Assembly: GCA_041690595.1 (NCBI GenBank)
Contig: JAWLHB010000014.1
Coordinates: forward strand, 62,001-126,000
Length of the DNA stretch: 64,000 nucleotides
Source: Lentisphaeria bacterium
Lineage (GTDB): Bacteria; Verrucomicrobiota; Lentisphaeria; JABSQK01; JAWLHB01
Reading direction: 5' to 3'
Positions 1 to 8,847 of the stretch are shown here, in pieces. Position numbers and translations under genes: made by a program. Numbering within the stretch: the stretch's first letter is position 1; every line of letters begins with the position of its first letter. The notes below the pieces were generated by a model. It was not told the origin of the DNA, did no database searches, and saw only the letters and a program-made list of their open reading frames with translations.

Positions 1-858
1 GAGACGACACGCAGCCTGACCTTCGGTACCCCGGTGCCGCTCGACGAGGAGGTGGGGACGGTGCTCTGGGCCAATTCCCAGGCCACGCCAACCGAGCTGC
101 TGGTGGTGGCGAATCGCCGCGAGCCGGGGCGCGCCGTGGAGAACGGCAACGAGCCGCCGGCAACTCGCGAATCGACGAGCTTCAACCTGCTCGGGGTGAG
201 CGTGGTGGTGCGCTATCGGGTGGCGGATGTGCGGCAGTTTGTGTATGCGGCGGTGGATGCGCGCGAGATCCTCATGCGACTCTGCCGTGAACAGGTGGCG
301 GGCTATCTTGCCGGTCACGATCTGCTCTCCAGCCTGGAGCAGGGGCTGTCGGAGGAGGGTGCCGAGGCTGTCCGCATGCAGGTGAATCAGCAGCTGACGG
401 AGGCGATAGCGGGGGCGGCGAGCAGGATCGGGCTGGGGGTGGAGATTGTCACCGTGGGCCTCATCTATGTGCAGCCGCCGCCGCCGGTGGCCGAAGCGTT
501 CCAGACGATCATCGCCGCGGGAGAAGAGCGGACCCGGATGATTCTGGAGGCGCGCACGAATGCATTGCAAACCAGCACGAGCGCCCAGAGCGAGGCGCTG
601 CGCATCACCAACGAAGCACTGGGCTATGCCGTCTTGCGCACCGCCTTGTCGGACGCGGACCAGCAGAGCTTTCTCGATCGGCTGGCAATCTATCGGCGTT
701 ACCCGGAGATCTACGAGGCGCGCGAGTACTTTTTTGCCTTGAAGAGCGCGCTCGCCGGCCGCAACAAGATCATCGTGGCAACCAAGACCGGCAGAAAGGT
801 CATGACCCTCGACCTGAAGAAGCAAGCCGGATCGCAACTCTTCGATATCCAACCCTGA
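1..858 (+). CDS. hflK: HflK-like SPFH/band-7 FtsH modulator (5' partial)
   Basis: Frame is open from base 1. SPFH-like NLLGVSVVVRYRV and GLGVEIVTVGL..VQPPPPVAEAFQ motifs, coiled-coil tail with YRRYPEIYEAR; directly upstream of hflC. Confidence 0.8.
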   Translation, partial: ETTRSLTFGTPVPLDEEVGTVLWANSQATPTELLVVANRREPGRAVENGNEPPATRESTSFNLLGVSVVVRYRVADVRQFVYAAVDAREILMRLCREQVAGYLAGHDLLSSLEQGLSEEGAEAVRMQVNQQLTEAIAGAASRIGLGVEIVTVGLIYVQPPPPVAEAFQTIIAAGEERTRMILEARTNALQTSTSAQSEALRITNEALGYAVLRTALSDADQQSFLDRLAIYRRYPEIYEAREYFFALKSALAGRNKIIVATKTGRKVMTLDLKKQAGSQLFDIQP

Positions 859-871
859 CCGAGGCTCCCGC

Positions 872-1795
872 ATGAGCGACACCATCGAAACTCCTCGCCG
901 CTCCATCTGGCCGTTGCTGACGATCATCGTCTTTGCCATTGTCCTGATTCTTCCCTTGTGCACTTTTCAGGTGCGGAATCGGCAAGTGGCCATCATCACC
1001 ACCTTCGGCAAGCGCGGCGAGAGCCTGATTCAGCCGGGGCTGCACTGGAAGCTGCCGTGGCCGATCCAGCGGGTTCACACCTTCGACCAGCGGCTGCGCC
1101 TGCTCTCCACTCGTTACGCGCAGAACTACACTGCGGACCAGAACACCCTGGTGCTGACCTTTCTGGCCGCCTGGCGCATCGAGTCGCCCAACCAGTTCCT
1201 CGTCAGCGTCGGCAATGCCGCCGACGCGGAGCGCGCGCTTTCGGACCTGATCAGCACGGAGAAGAATGTGGTGATCGGCAGTCATCCGGTGAGCCACCTG
1301 GTGTCGACGGATCCAGCGGAGTTCCGCTTCAGTCAGATCGAAGATGAGATCCACCAGCGGGTGGCGCCGCAGGCGCTGGAGAAGTACGGCATTGCTCTGG
1401 ACTACCTTGGCATCGAGCAGCTGGGGCTTCCGGAAGCGATCACGGCGGATGTCTTCCGGCGCATGCAGACCGAGCGCGAGAACCGGGCGGCGGAGATCCG
1501 GCAGGGCGGGCAGGTGGAAGCGGACCGCATCCGCTATGAGGCAGAAGCGGAGCGGGATCGGCTGCTGGCCGGCGCCCGCGCTCAGGCCAAGCTGACCCGC
1601 AGTCAGGCCGACACGCGGGCCGCCGAGGCTTACGAGATCTTTCAGCAGAACAGCGACTTCCACCTTTTCCTGCAGAAGCTGGAGGCTCTCGAACAGACTG
1701 TCGGCGAGGATGACACCATCATTCTTGACCGCGACGTGGCTCCCTACGACCTCCTGCAACCCCTGCCGGGCGGTGCCGCCCAGCCGCGGGAGTGA
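872..1795 (+). CDS. hflC: HflC FtsH protease modulator (SPFH)
   Basis: N-terminal TM helix, TFGK..PGLHWKLPWPIQ, VFRRMQTERE and AAEAYEIF motifs typical of HflC. Confidence 0.88.
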   Translation: MSDTIETPRRSIWPLLTIIVFAIVLILPLCTFQVRNRQVAIITTFGKRGESLIQPGLHWKLPWPIQRVHTFDQRLRLLSTRYAQNYTADQNTLVLTFLAAWRIESPNQFLVSVGNAADAERALSDLISTEKNVVIGSHPVSHLVSTDPAEFRFSQIEDEIHQRVAPQALEKYGIALDYLGIEQLGLPEAITADVFRRMQTERENRAAEIRQGGQVEADRIRYEAEAERDRLLAGARAQAKLTRSQADTRAAEAYEIFQQNSDFHLFLQKLEALEQTVGEDDTIILDRDVAPYDLLQPLPGGAAQPRE

Positions 1796-1862
1796 GTTAG
1801 CATTCGATGACCTTTTGGGTGTAGCTTGGACGTAAAGCCAATGCCCTACCCGGAGGTCCGTC

Positions 1863-3812
1863 ATGGCACGCAATGTCGCCCAGAAACTGATTGCCGATCA
1901 TCTCATTGACGGCACGATGACGCCTGGCCACGAGATCGCCCTGCGTATCGATCAAACCCTTACCCAGGATGCAACCGGCACGCTGGTCATGCTCGAACTG
2001 GAGGCCATGGAGCTTGACCGCGTCAAGACTGAGCTTTCGGCGCAATACGTCGACCACAATCTCCTGCAGACCGACAGCAAGAACCCGGACGACCACCTCT
2101 TTCTGCGCAGTGCCTGCCGCCGCTTCGGCGTCTGGTACAGCCGTCCGGGCAACGGGGTCAGCCACCCGGTGCACATGGAGCGTTTCGGCCAGCCCGGGAA
2201 GAGCCTGCTGGGCAGCGACAGTCATACCTGCGCCGCGGGTTCCCTGGGCATGTTGGCGATCGGCGCCGGTGGGCTGGAGGTAGCCATGTGCATGGCCGGC
2301 GAGCCCTTTCATGTAGCGATGCCCAGGGTCATGGGGGTCAGGCTCACTGGGTCGTTTCCCGACTGGGTCAGCGCCAAAGATCTCATCCTGGAGATGCTGC
2401 GGCGGCATACCGTCAGCGGTGGAGTGGGTAAGATCATCGAGTACCATGGCCCGGGCTTGGACAGTCTGAGTGCCATGGATCGGCACGTCATCGCCAACAT
2501 GGGGGCAGAGCTGGGCGCCACTACCACGGTATTCCCCAGCGATGCGCGCACGCGCGCCTTCATGCGGCAACAGGGGCGGGAGGACGAATGGCGCGAGCTG
2601 CTCGCGGATGATGGAGCCGACTACGAAGAGCACGACGAGATCGACCTCGGCAAGCTGGTGCCGTTGATCGCGCTACCCTCCAGTCCCGGCAATGTCGTGC
2701 CGGTGGAAGAGGTCGCCGGACGCGAGATTTACCAGGCGTACATCGGCTCTTCGGCGAATCCGGGGCTGCGCGATTTCGCGGTACCGGCGATGATGCTGGA
2801 TGGACGGCAGGTCCATGAGCGCGTCTCGCTGGACGTCAATCCCACCTCACGCCAGATCCTGGAGAACCTCACCGACTTCGGGTATCTGGGCATGCTTATC
2901 CGGGCCGGCGCCCGGCTTCATCAGGCCGGCTGCAATGGCTGCATCGGGATGGGTCAGGCACCCGCTACGGGCCGCATCAGCCTGCGGACCGTGCCACGCA
3001 ATTTCAAGGGCCGCTCCGGTACCGTGGAGGACGCCGTTTACCTTTGCAGTCCGGAAACCGCGACCGCATCGGCCCTCACCGGCGTCATCACCGATCCGCG
3101 CACGCTGGAGTTCCCCTGCCCCCGCTTCGAGGAGCCGGAGAGCGTCTCCATCAATACGGAGATGCTGCTCGCTCCGGCCGCCAGCACCGAAGCGGTAAGC
3201 CTGGAAAAGGGGCCCAACATCAGCGCCATGCCGGAGTTCGACCCGTTACCGGATCGGCTCACCCTCCCGGTGCTCCTCAAAGTCGGCGACGATATCTCGA
3301 CGGACGACATCCTGCCGGCCGGGACGAAGGTGCTGCCCTTCCGCAGCAACATCCCCGAGATCAGCAAGTTCTGTTACTACATGCTGGATGACGGGTATTA
3401 CGAACGGGCCATGCAGCACCGCGAGAAGGGGTCCCTGATCGTCGGTGGCGCCAATTATGGCCAGGGATCGAGCCGCGAACATGCGGCGCTGGCGCCCCGC
3501 TACCTTGGCGTAAAGGTGGTCATCGCCAAGAGCTTCGCGCGGATTCACTGGCAGAATCTTGCCAACTTCGGCATACTGGCACTCGTCTTTGCCGACCCGG
3601 CCGACCACGACCGCATCGAGCAGGGTGATGTGCTGGAACTGGAGAGGCTGCGCGAGCATTTGGCTGACGGCACTGACATCGTCGCGGAGAATCGCGACAA
3701 GAAGGAGCGGTACACGCTGAAGAACCAGCTCACGGAGCGGCAGATCAAGATGATCCTCGCCGGTTCACTCATCTCGCTTGTCCGCCAGGAACGGCAGAAG
3801 CCACCACGCTGA
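1863..3812 (+). CDS. Aconitate hydratase (short ~650 aa type, C-terminal swivel domain)
   Basis: QDATG, DHN, GSDSHT, CNGCIG, NYGQGSSREHA and KSFARIH motifs; GGAGG RBS. First Fe-S Cys position reads Ser (GSSAN). Confidence 0.9.
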   Translation: MARNVAQKLIADHLIDGTMTPGHEIALRIDQTLTQDATGTLVMLELEAMELDRVKTELSAQYVDHNLLQTDSKNPDDHLFLRSACRRFGVWYSRPGNGVSHPVHMERFGQPGKSLLGSDSHTCAAGSLGMLAIGAGGLEVAMCMAGEPFHVAMPRVMGVRLTGSFPDWVSAKDLILEMLRRHTVSGGVGKIIEYHGPGLDSLSAMDRHVIANMGAELGATTTVFPSDARTRAFMRQQGREDEWRELLADDGADYEEHDEIDLGKLVPLIALPSSPGNVVPVEEVAGREIYQAYIGSSANPGLRDFAVPAMMLDGRQVHERVSLDVNPTSRQILENLTDFGYLGMLIRAGARLHQAGCNGCIGMGQAPATGRISLRTVPRNFKGRSGTVEDAVYLCSPETATASALTGVITDPRTLEFPCPRFEEPESVSINTEMLLAPAASTEAVSLEKGPNISAMPEFDPLPDRLTLPVLLKVGDDISTDDILPAGTKVLPFRSNIPEISKFCYYMLDDGYYERAMQHREKGSLIVGGANYGQGSSREHAALAPRYLGVKVVIAKSFARIHWQNLANFGILALVFADPADHDRIEQGDVLELERLREHLADGTDIVAENRDKKERYTLKNQLTERQIKMILAGSLISLVRQERQKPPR

Positions 3813-3848
3813 AGAGCAGCGTGGTGGCCTGTGAACCGAGCGGCACCG

Positions 3849-4727
3849 TCAGGAGATAGCTTTCTCCAAGATGTCGCCATTGGTCTGGCCGCTGTCGGCC
3901 TGGGTGAAGAGGTGAACGTCGCGTTGCGGGAAGGGGATGGCGATCCCTTCCTGGTCAAAGCGCATCTTGATCTTCATGTTGAGGTCGAAGTAAACGTCCC
4001 AATAATCGGCGGTCTTGACCCATGGACGGACCGCAAAGTCAACACTGCTGTCGCCCAGAGAAAGGACGGCGACAACGGGAGCGGGATCGGCGAGGATGCG
4101 CTCGTCAGCGGCAAGGATTTCCTCGATAATGGCCTTCACCTTGGGGAGTTTCTCGCCATAGCCGACGCCAAAGACCATATCAACGCGGCGAGTGGGCTTG
4201 GCCGAGTAGTTGACGATGTTGTTGCTGGTCATGCCGGCGTTGGGCACGATGATGAGCTTGTTGTCGGGCGAGCGCATTTCGGTGGTGAAAATGCTGATAT
4301 CCTCGATGATGCCAGTGGCGCCGCCGCCCTCAATAAAATCACCGACCTTGAAGGGCTTGAAGAGGATGATGAGGACACCCGCCGCAAAGTTGGCCAGCGA
4401 TCCTTGCATGGCCAGACCAATGGCCAGGCCGGCGGCACCGATCACGGCCACCATCGACGCGGTCTGGAAACCCAGTTTGGCCAGGATCGCGATGACCACG
4501 AATGCCAGGACGCCAAAATAGACAACGTTGCTGACGAAGGAGACAATGGTTTCGTCGACTTTGCTTCTGGCCAGGACGGATCTTGAAAGTTTACGCGCCA
4601 ACATGGCGACGATGCGGCCGACAATGAGAATGACGAGGGCAGCGATAATCCTGAGGCCGTACTCCGCGAGCCAGACGAGCATTTGATCCACAAGTGTCAG
4701 TTCATTTTCCATTTGCGTAACTCCCAT
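3849..4727 (-). CDS. mscS: Small-conductance mechanosensitive channel MscS
   Basis: GAAGLAIGLAMQGSLANFAAG, PFKVGDFI, IIVPN and IPFPQRDVH motifs. Start may be 4712. Confidence 0.93.
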   Translation of the reverse strand: MGVTQMENELTLVDQMLVWLAEYGLRIIAALVILIVGRIVAMLARKLSRSVLARSKVDETIVSFVSNVVYFGVLAFVVIAILAKLGFQTASMVAVIGAAGLAIGLAMQGSLANFAAGVLIILFKPFKVGDFIEGGGATGIIEDISIFTTEMRSPDNKLIIVPNAGMTSNNIVNYSAKPTRRVDMVFGVGYGEKLPKVKAIIEEILAADERILADPAPVVAVLSLGDSSVDFAVRPWVKTADYWDVYFDLNMKIKMRFDQEGIAIPFPQRDVHLFTQADSGQTNGDILEKAIS

Positions 4728-4780
4728 AATGTTGTGAATACTTGATGAAGGAGCGGCAATTCTTCATCTGAATGGCGGTT

Positions 4781-4809
4781 AGCTTATCCATTTTCCGCTC
4801 AATATGCAA
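4781..4809 (-). promoter_or_regulatory. Putative sigma70 promoter of mscS
   Basis: Minus strand TTGCAT-17 bp-TAAGCT. Confidence 0.4.
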
Positions 4810-4970
4810 GAGAAATCGAGAGTTCCGGAGAGGCGAATTGGGGAGAGCGTGCCGGATCGTCGCCGGCGGCTTGGCAGGACGGTTTGAGGAGCTATTTTAG
4901 TGCAATGGCAGCGGCGAGACTTGGCGTCTTGCGGCACCATGAGGTTTTCACGTCATACGAGGTAGTGGGG

Positions 4971-5960
4971 ATGCCCAAACGCATGAGCAGCCAGTGGAGC
5001 GCGATACGTGGCTTCAACTATCAGCCCAGCCACAGCAGCCATCTGCAGTATACATGGACCAATTTCAGCGCAGCGTGCTGGGAACGGGAGGTGCCATGGG
5101 CGCTGCGTTTCGGCAGCAACACGCTACGAGTCTGGCTGGATTGGAGCGCCTGGCTCGCCATTGGGGAAGAGATGCTGGATCACCTGGAAGAGGCTTTGGT
5201 CATCCTCGACAAGCACCACCTGCGCATGATCCCGGTCCTCTTCAACCGCTGGACCGATGCGCGCTTTCCCGCCGGCGGCATCGCGGATCAGGATCTGCGC
5301 TCCGGTTCGTGCGACAAGTTCTATCCCTATATCGATGCCCTTACAGGTCGCTTCGGGGGGGATTCCCGCATCGTTCTATGGGATCTGGCCAATGAGCCTC
5401 AGGCGCCGGGCCCCAATCCGGAGATGGCTTTTCTGGAGCTGCGCTGGTTGTGCGCCATGGCGGCCCGCCTGCGGATCAACTCCCGAATCCCGCTAACGAT
5501 CGGCACGATGACCGGCGAAAACGTGGCAACGTATGCGCCACTGGTCGATGTCATTTCCTTCCATCCCTATACGCGGCTGAAGGACGAGATGGAGGCGCGT
5601 TGTGAAGAGCATCTGCTGCTGGCGGCCCAATTGGGCAAACCGTTGCTCTGCACGGAGACGTGCATCGGCTCACTGGATGACGAAGAGCGGGGTCGCCTTG
5701 CGCATGATGCCTTGACGACGCTGGAACGTTACCAGATCGGCTGGTTGGCCTGGCAGCTTGTCTCTGGAGAATTTGTCACCGGCTCCCGGGAACGAACCGA
5801 CAACAATGCGGTACGTCCGGGAGAAGGTTTCATGCCCTTCGTTCTGGAGAATGGCGCCACCCGCCCCGGCCATGAATGGCTGGTACGCCGCAATCAGAGT
5901 GGGGATGTCGGCAGTCAGACCGTCTCGGTCATTCGCCCTCCTTACAAAACACGCGACTGA
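4971..5960 (+). CDS. Clan GH-A (GH5-like) glycoside hydrolase, no signal peptide
   Basis: RGFNY, NTLRVWL, WDLANEP (acid/base), SFHPY and LCTE (nucleophile). Start uncertain (4884/4971/4983). Confidence 0.75.
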   Translation: MPKRMSSQWSAIRGFNYQPSHSSHLQYTWTNFSAACWEREVPWALRFGSNTLRVWLDWSAWLAIGEEMLDHLEEALVILDKHHLRMIPVLFNRWTDARFPAGGIADQDLRSGSCDKFYPYIDALTGRFGGDSRIVLWDLANEPQAPGPNPEMAFLELRWLCAMAARLRINSRIPLTIGTMTGENVATYAPLVDVISFHPYTRLKDEMEARCEEHLLLAAQLGKPLLCTETCIGSLDDEERGRLAHDALTTLERYQIGWLAWQLVSGEFVTGSRERTDNNAVRPGEGFMPFVLENGATRPGHEWLVRRNQSGDVGSQTVSVIRPPYKTRD

Positions 5961-5972
5961 CGGAGCAAGCCG

Positions 5973-7430
5973 ATGCGAGCAATCCTGATCCTCTTCGATT
6001 CCCTCTCCCGCCATTTTCTTCCGCCCTACGGGAGCGAGGGGATTCATGCGCCCAGTTTTGCGGAGCTTGGCCGTCGCGCGGTGACCTTCGACAACTGCCA
6101 CGTCGGCAGCATGCCCTGCATTCCGGCGCGTCGCGAGCTGCACACGGGTCGCTACAACTTTCTGCATCGCAGCTGGGGTCCCCTGGAGCCGTTCGACGAT
6201 TCGATGCCGGAGCTTCTGCACAAGCACGGCGTCCACACGCACCTGTCGACCGATCATTATCACTACTGGGAAGATGGAGGCGCCACCTACCATCAGCGCT
6301 ACAGCAGCTATGATCTCATTCGCGGGCAGGAAGGGGACAAGTGGAAGGGAGAGGTGAGCGATCCCCAACCGCCGGAATACCGCGGCTTCGGCATGCGCCA
6401 GGACTGGATCAATCGCAAGTACATGCAACGTGAGGAAGAGACCAGCCAGCACCAGACTTTCGAGGCTGGCTTGGAGTTCATCCACACCAATCATGCCGAC
6501 GACAACTGGTTCCTCCAGATCGAATGCTTCGATCCGCACCCGCCCTTCTGCGCCCCCGAGCGCTTTCTGGCGCTCTATCCCGAGGAGTACAGCGGCCCGC
6601 ATTTCGACTGGCCCCACTACGCACCTGTCTCCGGCGACGAAACTCCCGAGATGATCGCCCACATGCGCCGGCAGTACGCCGCGCTCGTCAGCTATTGCGA
6701 CTATTCGCTTGGGCGCGTCATGGCGGCAATGGAGCAGTACGACATGTGGGACGATACCATGCTTATCGTCACGACCGACCATGGATTTCTGCTTGGCGAG
6801 CATGGCTGGTGGGCCTTCGTGCGCCCGCCCTTCTATGACGAGGTTGCCCGCAAGCCGCTCCTCATTCACGATCCGCGCAGCGGCCACGCCGGCGCCCGCA
6901 ATCGTCAGCTGGTCCAGATGCATGACCTGCCGGCGACCCTGCTCGACTTTTTCGGTGCGCCACTCCCGGCCGACATGCAGGGCGTACCCCTGGGCGCCAC
7001 CCTGGCGGACGATTCGCCGGTGCGCGAGGCGGCGCTTTTTGGCGTCTTCGGCGGCCACGTCAACGTGACAGATGGCCGCCATGTCTACATGCACGCTCCG
7101 CCCGATACGAACGGGCCGCTCTACGAGTATACTCTGATGCCGACGCACATGAAGGCACGCTTCTCGGTGGAGGAATGCCGGAGCATCACGCTGGCGCCTC
7201 CTTTCACCTTCAGCAAGGGCGTGCCGGTGAACCGGATCGAAGGCAAGCCATTCATGGTCACGCCGGAAGCATTCGGCACACTGCTCTATGACCTGGAGGC
7301 GGATCCAAAACAGGAGCATCCCCTGCAGGACGCAGACGTAAAGTCCCGCATGCAGGCACACCTCGTGCGACTCATGCGGGAGAATGATGCCCCGGCCGAG
7401 CAGTACATTCGCCTGGGACTGACGCCCTGA
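5973..7430 (+). CDS. Cys-type formylglycine sulfatase, cytoplasmic
   Basis: CIPARRELHTG (CxPxR), FDPHPP, TTDHGFLLGEHG and LYDLEADP motifs. Confidence 0.92.
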   Translation: MRAILILFDSLSRHFLPPYGSEGIHAPSFAELGRRAVTFDNCHVGSMPCIPARRELHTGRYNFLHRSWGPLEPFDDSMPELLHKHGVHTHLSTDHYHYWEDGGATYHQRYSSYDLIRGQEGDKWKGEVSDPQPPEYRGFGMRQDWINRKYMQREEETSQHQTFEAGLEFIHTNHADDNWFLQIECFDPHPPFCAPERFLALYPEEYSGPHFDWPHYAPVSGDETPEMIAHMRRQYAALVSYCDYSLGRVMAAMEQYDMWDDTMLIVTTDHGFLLGEHGWWAFVRPPFYDEVARKPLLIHDPRSGHAGARNRQLVQMHDLPATLLDFFGAPLPADMQGVPLGATLADDSPVREAALFGVFGGHVNVTDGRHVYMHAPPDTNGPLYEYTLMPTHMKARFSVEECRSITLAPPFTFSKGVPVNRIEGKPFMVTPEAFGTLLYDLEADPKQEHPLQDADVKSRMQAHLVRLMRENDAPAEQYIRLGLTP

Positions 7431-7516
7431 GCCAGCGCACGTGTGGCCGAGACGAGGGCGGACGAGTCGGTGGGTGCTGCCCATGGGTATTGCCGAAAGA
7501 CTTCCGCCGCTCAGGA

Positions 7517-8212
7517 TCAGTCGGTGGTCCGCGGCAACAGCCAGCCATGCTCGGTGACCGCGGCCTCCAGGTTGGCGGCGATGACTTGACGCACATTACC
7601 ATCCGCCATGGCGACAGTGACGATGTCCGGAAGCCCATCCGCGGAAAGCATGACCGTGCGCTCACGCTCCGGCACCTTCTCGATGGCGACGCCCGGCAGA
7701 TGGAAGGTGTAGCTGGTGTCGCCTTCAGCGATATCGTCCGCATTGTAGGGTGGCCGGATACCGGCGCCGACGGTGATATAGACGTTGCCGGGAGGCACGA
7801 TACCGCTACGCGCAAGCTCCGCCAGACTGCTCGGCAGCTTGCCGCCGTTGAGCATTGCGTACTGCAGCAGGCCACCGGTCAGCGTCTGCACATTCTGCTC
7901 CTCGGTCTGCTGACGATAGCCTTCCTGGGAAGCGACGAGGGACGGGCGGACGAGAACCTGGACGACGATGGCCAGGATCAGAAAGAAGGCCAGCCCCAGA
8001 ATGCCGGTGATGATGCCCGCGATGGCCTGATGTGCGCCGGCCAGAGGCTCCGCGCTGCGCAGGATACGCCTCCGTGACCAGATCCCCAGCCAGATGGCCA
8101 CGGCCGAGAGCAGGACGACCGGCAGCAACAGGCCGGCGATGCCGATGATCATACTCGGCGTGGCGAGGGGCTCGAGGCGTGGGGGAACAGGGGCAGGATC
8201 CCGTGTCGTCAT
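7517..8212 (-). CDS. DUF4190-like membrane protein with pilin-like C-terminal region
   Basis: Two TM helices with the AIAGIITG pattern, then YAMLNGGKLPSSLAEL and VAMADGNV. Confidence 0.6.
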   Translation of the reverse strand: MTTRDPAPVPPRLEPLATPSMIIGIAGLLLPVVLLSAVAIWLGIWSRRRILRSAEPLAGAHQAIAGIITGILGLAFFLILAIVVQVLVRPSLVASQEGYRQQTEEQNVQTLTGGLLQYAMLNGGKLPSSLAELARSGIVPPGNVYITVGAGIRPPYNADDIAEGDTSYTFHLPGVAIEKVPERERTVMLSADGLPDIVTVAMADGNVRQVIAANLEAAVTEHGWLLPRTTD

Positions 8213-8847
8213 GGCGCCCCCGAGTCTGGGAAGGTGGAATGGATCAGCCGAACATGGGGGCTTTCGGCCACCGAGCCGGGGGAAACAATCTGTCGCTCCA
8301 GCGGCAACTCTCCTTCCGCCAGTTCACGAATCTGGGTCTCGTACGGGCGCCAGTTCATCTGGCCAAGCGGAAGCGGTTCGCCGATCGGCACGCCGGCCCC
8401 CCGCGCAAAGGCCTTGTGGACCAGCTCCGAGCAGTAAACTTTCTCGTCGTCCAGCTCGTACTGCATGTCGTATGGCAGATGCATGAAAGCCATGCCGGTC
8501 GTGACGGCGGCCGCGATCTGCCCCGGATCCAGCTTTCTGGGCCGTACTTGGGTGAACCATCCCCGATGGCCGCGCGCGATCCAACGTTCCAGCGGCGTCA
8601 GTCGAACAGGGCCGGCCGCCTCCAATACCCAAGGCCTGCCATCACGCCAGGTAACGATGCCACAGTGCGAGTATGGCGAGCGCGTGACGCCCACAATCAG
8701 CTCCCCCATGGGTTCGTCAATATGCTGGAAGACAATGTCCCCCTCCAGGAATTCAGCGCTCGCCACCGCAGCCGTGTGCGTCGGCGCCGGTGCCATGCAG
8801 CCGGCGATCGCGAGGAGCAGGATGGTGACAGCCAGACAGGACCTCAT
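8209..8847 (-). CDS. Permuted papain-like NlpC/P60 amidase (YiiX/YebB family), probable lipoprotein
   Basis: Lipobox IAGC; GDIVFQ, YSHCGIV, VLEA, PYD and YCSELV (His before Cys). Confidence 0.85.
   Translation of the reverse strand: MRSCLAVTILLLAIAGCMAPAPTHTAAVASAEFLEGDIVFQHIDEPMGELIVGVTRSPYSHCGIVTWRDGRPWVLEAAGPVRLTPLERWIARGHRGWFTQVRPRKLDPGQIAAAVTTGMAFMHLPYDMQYELDDEKVYCSELVHKAFARGAGVPIGEPLPLGQMNWRPYETQIRELAEGELPLERQIVSPGSVAESPHVRLIHSTFPDSGAP

Noticed and set aside
1..1795. hflK/hflC without adjacent ftsH or hflX
   Set aside because: Upstream context is outside the window and unlinked hflKC pairs are common.
1813..1850. Possible hairpin (GTAG-CTTGG...CCAA-TGCC-CTAC) upstream of the aconitase, IRE-like idea
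   Set aside because: Imperfect pairing and no CAGUG loop; cannot be distinguished from chance.
7456..7509. Long imperfect hairpin between the sulfatase and DUF4190-like genes
   Set aside because: Probably a simple convergent terminator or chance GC pairing; no second copy seen, so not called a REP or ncRNA.
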